DNA of 63,909 nt, the filler included, from Thelocarpon superellum (taxonomy: Eukaryota), in assembly GCA_026025795.1 (NCBI GenBank). It is 4 parts of 4 records of this genome, joined end to end, with 100 filler letters (N's around TTAATTAATTAA, not from the genome) between each part and the next. Parts side by side here need not be neighbours in the genome. Positions count along the whole stretch, not along the records: positions 48,506 to 63,909 come from JAPEUG010000409.1; 3 more parts are not named here. One strand, 5' to 3'. Below, piece after piece: positions 59,611 through 63,909 of this stretch. The stretch's first letter is position 1, and every line of letters starts with the position of its first letter. The notes under the pieces are model-generated. The model saw nothing but the letters and a program-made list of their open reading frames with translations, made no database searches and was not told the origin of the DNA. Made by a program: the position numbers and the translations under genes.

Positions 59611-61906
59611 TCATATCTCCCGACACCACCTCGCCACGACGGTATTCATGCCCGGCACGCTGGGTATGATCTCTTGCAAGGCGACATCGACCTTGAACAT
59701 GCGGCCTGTACGCGCCACCTCCCGAGACCCGCTGCCCCCACCAACGCCACTTGCGGCCCCGGCGGCAACGACCCCGCCGATGGCAGGTACGAGCAGCTCG
59801 TACGCCGCCAGACGTTCCCAGGCGCCGATCGCCACCTCTCGACCCCAGATCCGGGATCCGGCGCCTACAGCAGCCGCGCCCGAGGCCGATGATTGGGCCT
59901 TGACCCGCGACGCGATGATGTTGTACTCATCGTACGCCATGTTGAAGTTGCAGGTGTCCGTGTCCAGGATGATGTCCAGGCGGGCGGCGGCGATCAGAAG
60001 GGCTAATTCGAGCTCGCTGAGCCCGGCCAGCAAGTGAAGTTTGGAGTCGGGCGGGGCCAAACGGGCATCGCGGAAGTCTAGGCCGCTCAGGTAGAGATTT
60101 GGAGGGGTCAGGCTGCCAATAGGGATGAGGCAGGCCGAATAGAAGTCCGCGGCGGATTTGGATCGGTGGTAGACGGAATGTAAAAGCCGTCGGAAGACAT
60201 TGTCCTTGTTCCACAGCTCCTGTAGATCATCAGCGGAGCTCCGGTCAGTCATGGGCGGCCTACAGACCTCTATGGCCTCGTTCCACATCTCGCGTAAGCC
60301 ACTGTGATCATTGGCGAGAATTGCCTTGTTCTCTGGAGATTGATCCGTCTCGTCCGCTTCCGTCCACGTGATGGCCTGCCGGCAAATGCTCCAGAAGGAC
60401 GCCAGACTTCGTGGCAGGGGTAGATGGATGGAACGGTGGCTGAAGCGGCTCTTGACTCTCTTTTCCAAGCTCTCCACCACGTTGATCTTGGTCGTGAGAC
60501 CGACGACTGCGATGGGCGCCTTCCGAGCTTGTGCGATATCAAAGAGGTTATAGAGAAGCGTCTGTCGCGGGTGCGAGGCGAAGAGATCGAATTCGTCCAG
60601 GACAAAGACGACTGAAGTTGCGGTGCGTTCCGGATCGCCTTCCGAGAACTCCGAAGGATGCGAGAGGAGCGCCAGAAGAGAGGACAACGTGTCGGCGTAG
60701 TTGTTGGTCTGAGGGAATCAGCACCACCTCCAGGTGGATCGATCGAGCGTCGCCACGTACTTTACCTACAAAATCGTCTTCGACATTCATCTCGCGGCCG
60801 AGTTGGCGCCATATCTCTTTCAACGCCAGCCGGTCATCCGTGTGGATGAAACCATGCAACCGGATGGCATGAAAATCTCGAGCGTGCTCGATTGATAGAT
60901 CTGCGATGACTTGTTCCACCATCTGCGACCCAGGTCAGCATCCCTCATCGCGTCTCAGCGTCCACATTGGTGGTACCGTCGTCTTGCCACTGCCTCTGGC
61001 CCCGATGACCAGCATGGAATTGCCCTCTCCCGCGACAACTGTCCGTTCAACCAGATGGTGGAGCTTGCGGTACTCCTCGTCGAGGCCAAGAAGCGGCATC
61101 GGGCGTCGCCCCGTTAGCTTCTCAAGGAACGTATCTCTCATCAGGGCGACGAGATCTTTTAGGTCGTAGTCGGCGGCGAGCAGCGCGAAGCGAGCTCGGA
61201 AATGTCGAGGGTCGGCATCCGCTGCGTCTTCCGAAGCCTCGGCCGGAGCATGTTTGGTCTGCAGCTCTGCAGCGAGCTGCTGCTCCACGAGGTTTGCCTC
61301 TTCAATCGGGGCAATAGGAGACTTTCGGGGACGACCCCTCTTTCTCTTCGGGGGCGTTGGTGGATGCCCGCTGATTTCTTGGAGGCCATTGCGGAAGGGC
61401 AGTTCTCCTTGGAGCGTGGGAGAATAGACCGGGGAAACCGTAGAGACAGCTGGAGATTGCGATGTCCGGCTCGCGGCATCCGCTGATCTTGACGTGTCCG
61501 TAGGAATGTCCTTAAAGCCGAGGGAGTTCGGGCTCTCGCTGAAGACATGTCCCCCGAAGCTGACAGCCTTTTTGGGCCGGCCTCGTTTGCGTTTGATCGG
61601 TGTTAAAATGCCCCTGGGCTGTATCTCCGGCAAATTCGCAGACTCATCGGCTTGAGGTCTTGGCTCTGAGTGGTCCAATCTGGGGTGAGTTTCGGGTCCA
61701 ATCCCGAGCGGAGCTTCATCTCGATGCCTTGGCCGGGCAGGTCCAGACGCACCACGCTCCGAGGTCTCTTTGACGGCCACGGGTAGCGGGTGTTTCCGTG
61801 GCCTACCTCGTTTACGCTTGGGGGGTTCTTCGCCTGGGTTGGCGGCGTGACGCTGAGGTTGTGGACGGGAACCCTGAGCACCGGGGTGGATGTCGTCGTT
61901 GGCCAT
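59611..61906 (-). CDS. ORC4: Origin recognition complex subunit 4 with N-terminal AT-hooks; exons 61906-60977, 60922-60761, 60708-60268, 60219-59611; start uncertain
   Basis: GEGNSMLVIGARGSGKTT (Walker A), FVLDEFDLFASHPRQTLLYNLFD (Walker B), LEKRVKSRFSHR, LSELELALLIAA, and three KRKRGRP(R/K)K AT-hooks. Confidence 0.95.
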
Positions 61907-62298
61907 CAATTCCTCCGCCAGTCGCGAGGAGAGGATCAATAGAGATCACTCATGCCGCGACTTGGAAATCGAAGAGAGAACTCGCTTCGTCGCGCGATCC
62001 TCGCTCTTTATTCGAGTCGGCGGATCAGTCATGTTGATGTTGAACAGTACGGCTTAGGATTGTCATATCGCAGTGAAGGCAGGCATGAAAATTATCCGGA
62101 GCTGCACCTCGCCTCAGACGTTACTTCTGCAGCTCCGCTCATATGACGGCGACGAAGCACCTAGCCTTAAAGATCCCACGAGATGTCCACGCATCCAATC
62201 CCAGTCAAAGGTATTTCACACGTGAAGTATCAAGTCGTGGCAGGTGACGTCTCAATACCAGCGGGACGTCGTAGCCAGGAAAATTACTCATCTAACCC

Positions 62299-63658
62299 TC
62301 ACCGCACGATCGGCCCGCCTTCCTTCGCCCAACCACGACTTCTCATATTCTCCTCAATGCTGCCCCAGATACCTTCGACCACTTCTCGATCCCTCCACCG
62401 ACCCTGTGCGCCCACGAGGTGGTTCCATTTCTCGACGGCGGTGCTCACGACACCTCGGCCCCATCCCTTCACGGTGGATGGCACCTCTTCCCCGCGCCAC
62501 CCGACGTAGACGCCCAGCACGTTCCGAAAGAGATCCGGCGCCTGCTGCCACTTGTAGGACTTGAATTGCCACGTCTGCCCCGTCGTGAAGACGGCCACGA
62601 CACGTGACCAGTAATCTGGCTTGAACTGTTCGGGCGTGTCGACGAGAATGAAGCGGAGCGGTCGGGTCGGGTCGATGCTCGGCAGCACGCGCGAGATGTG
62701 CAGGATATTCGCCGAGTTGGAGGAGCCAGCCAGAGCCGAGTCGGCGGGCAGATAGGTGCCCGACTCAAGGAAGGACTTGATGTTGCTCATCCGCAGGAGC
62801 GAGGAGGCCGAGGGCGAGAGAAGAATGATGGGATCCGGACGCCGGCCGGGCTTCTTGGGCAACGACACCAGCGCAGCATTAGCCGCGGCCCCGGCGCTGG
62901 ATGTCGTTGGCTGACCGGGCCGGCCTCGACTACGGCCCAGGAAGGTCTCGGCGATCTTGCGAACGTGGGAGTAGTCCTATGGGTCAGATCAGCCCCCGTT
63001 GGGTTCACACAAATAGGGCCGGGCTCACCGTGGGCTTGATGCCTCTCAATACCGTGTTACGGTCGCCCATCCGCCGTTCCCCGTTGTAGATCTCGGCCAG
63101 GCGTGGGTTGAGCTTCTTGACCGGGCGCGTCGCGGGGGCACCACTGGCAGCGGTCGCGACGGCCCCAGCGGCACCCGCGGCGGATGGCGCGGCACCCGTT
63201 GCACTGGCTCCAGCAGCCTCGGACTCCAGTGGCTTGATGTACTCGCTCTCGTCGGAGGCTCCTTCCAGCCATGTGATCAGATCAAGACGCTCGACGAAGA
63301 CCAGATTCTGCACCTTGCCCCCCGCGCCACCGGGGGCGGAGAGTCCCTCATTCAACCGCTGTGCGGAGGCGATGTAATCGGGAATGGCGACATCTTTCTT
63401 CTGCCAGGCGAAATAGATGCTCCGAAGATCGACGGCTTGATCGGAGGAGACGAATCGAGTGAGCGTGTTCAAGGGAAAGGCGCGGCGGTCCGGTTCGACG
63501 AAGTGAAGGTGGGTGGCGATGGCCAGGTTGAGATCAAGACCAGGGTCGTTCGACGCCGGTCGCTCTTCGGACGCCGTGGGGACGGCGGGATGATTGGAAG
63601 CGATGGCGTGGCGCAGTCGGAGCAGCGGATCACTGGCTAATGCGCTGTTCACCGCCAT
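62299..63658 (-). CDS. CDC73: Paf1 complex subunit Cdc73 (parafibromin); exons 63658-63029, 62976-62299
   Basis: FVERLDLITWLEGAS, DPIILLSPSASSLLRMSNIKSFLE, YWSRVVAVFTTGQTWQFKSYKW, RWRDREVVE. Confidence 0.95.
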
Positions 63659-63909
63659 CGTCTTGAGCGATCTCGTCGAGGGTGAGGATGGGTGGCGAGA
63701 GAATCAATGGGCCATCAGCGACGCCGTCCAGGCGGGCGCTGCTCAAGTGGAAGTGCCGTGTGTGTCACATTGGCGGGGAGGAGGAACTTGGTTTGGGATG
63801 AAGCTCTTCGTTCGAACGACGACCTCTCGCGGGACGTGCCGGCGCTAAAGTTCAACAGAGTTCTGGCCGGTGTGTCTGTTGTGAAGTCGACCGTGGCGCT
63901 GGATTGGCC

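Overview
GC-rich nuclear DNA from a filamentous ascomycete (Pezizomycotina) with short spliceosomal introns, mostly 45-95 nt. The window is not one locus. Three identical 100-bp linkers (44 N + TTAATTAATTAA + 44 N) join four roughly 16-kb contigs that appear to be sorted by length. I reconstructed about 26 protein-coding genes by hand, mostly housekeeping: UBR1, QCR9, PYM, HEM14, NAB2, the 3' end of TUF1, RPS29, APC13, POL12, a CRAL-TRIO protein, VAC8, CSL4, a Shg1/BOD1-domain protein, a complex I subunit, ERG26, eIF3d, creA, ORC4 and CDC73. There is also a kinase-ankyrin gene, a divergent Zn2Cys6/MFS pair, a bZIP gene and a few orphans. QCR9, the TUF1 end, RPS29 and APC13 are multi-exon and not recoverable from the ORF track. 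The most striking element is a tRNA-Ile(AAT) gene at 59307-59447 (minus strand) with two introns. One is a normal 14-nt anticodon-loop intron. The other is a 53-nt GT...CTGAT...CAG intron in the D-stem that looks like the spliceosomal introns of the neighbouring mRNA genes. All gene names come from recalled motifs, not from database searches.
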